Source of the DNA: Deltaproteobacteria bacterium
GTDB taxonomy: Bacteria; Myxococcota_A; UBA9160; JAJDAL01
Direction of reading: 5' to 3'
DNA: 64,000 nucleotides
Assembly (NCBI GenBank): GCA_029261875.1
Contig: JAJDAL010000034.1
Span: 85,066 to 149,065, forward strand
The translations under genes were made by a program, and so were the position numbers. Numbering within the stretch: position 1 is the first letter of the stretch; every line of letters begins with the position of its first letter. Of this stretch, positions 63,492-64,000 are shown piece after piece. The notes beneath the pieces were generated by a model. It ran no database searches. It was given only the letters and a program-made list of their open reading frames with translations, and had not been told where the DNA came from.

Positions 63492-64000
63492 TCAGTCCAG
63501 TTCGCGAACCAGCGCTGCCTGCATGCGGGATTCCGGAACGAAGGCAACCCGCTCCGGGTGACGCAAGGTCTCCTGAAGATTCACGACCTGGATCCCGTAT
63601 TCGCTCTGGCGAACCGTGCGCCAGAAGATGCGCGCCTGCAGGTCCCCCGAACGCACGAAAGGCCCGTCGAGCGCGAAGCGCTCGGCGAGTCGGTCCGCGC
63701 GCTCGGCGACTTTCGTGCGCAGCGTGGGAACTTCGACGCGACGAACGACAACGCCCGAGGGCAAGGCATAGAGGGCCTCGAGGGTTGAATCGGCGAACGG
63801 TTCCCCGGCAAGCACTCGCCGGCCGACGCGTGTGATCTCGCCCGGCTCGCGGCGCATGACGGTCGCTCCGCCCTTCGTATGGCCCGAGAATCCCAGGGCG
63901 TGTCCCATTTCGTGCAGCGCGATGCCCGCAATTTCCTCGGGACTCAGAGCGCGGTCCTGGTTGCGAAAATCCGGCGGCGTCCGGCGCGAGAGCGAGACAC
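63492..64000 (-). CDS. HExxH zinc metallopeptidase-like protein, 5' end outside the window
   Basis: The frame is open to the window edge. It reads ..SPEEIAGIALHEMGHALGFSGH.. . Confidence 0.7.
   Translation of the reverse strand, partial: VSLSRRTPPDFRNQDRALSPEEIAGIALHEMGHALGFSGHTKGGATVMRREPGEITRVGRRVLAGEPFADSTLEALYALPSGVVVRRVEVPTLRTKVAERADRLAERFALDGPFVRSGDLQARIFWRTVRQSEYGIQVVNLQETLRHPERVAFVPESRMQAALVRELD

Overview
High-GC Gram-negative chromosomal segment. GC was judged by eye only and not computed. Several hallmarks are compatible with a Myxococcota/deltaproteobacteria-like lineage: a GC-TM-RRR (MYXO-CTERM-like) tail, a PEP-CTERM protein, an RHS core and many Cys-rich secreted proteins. That lineage call is low-confidence inference. 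The window falls into three blocks. (i) 1-18.6 kb is an accessory island made almost entirely of secreted proteins built from extracellular-matrix-type modules. These are thrombospondin type-3 (TSP3) repeats, LamG, short collagen-like G-X-Y tracts, a C1q/TNF-like head and an endostatin/C-lectin-like head. They are organised as repeated cassettes. An 'A' gene has a variable body and a conserved Cys-rich C-terminal module. It is followed 12 nt later by a 'B' gene with a conserved N-domain, a collagen tract and a variable head. The island also holds a thermonuclease mini-operon and a lower-GC patch with two Bor-like lipoproteins. (ii) 19.1-34.7 kb holds mobile DNA. One integrative, probably self-replicating element carries an XRE regulator, a small resolvase, an AlpA-like HTH protein, an AEP primase-DUF3987 protein and a large serine recombinase. 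A second paralogous recombinase module carries DUF5681, a small ORF and the recombinase. Between them lies a patchwork of intact and truncated genes, including an HTTM/DCC - fatty-acid hydroxylase operon, a Cys-repeat secreted protein, an RCC1-like fragment and a CMD gene stub. (iii) 34.9-64 kb is mostly core-like envelope, secretion and signalling genes. These include an MlaA-hydrolase fusion, an S8 protease, an orphan RHS-core metallopeptidase toxin, an MBOAT/ACP/SGNH acylation set and a PEP-CTERM/TPR-barrel operon. The same block also carries cca, rfbB, an HD-GYP regulator, a V4R-STAS protein and a J-domain protein. I recognised no rRNA, tRNA, CRISPR array or reverse transcriptase. The most novel candidate is the A/B cassette system of block (i).
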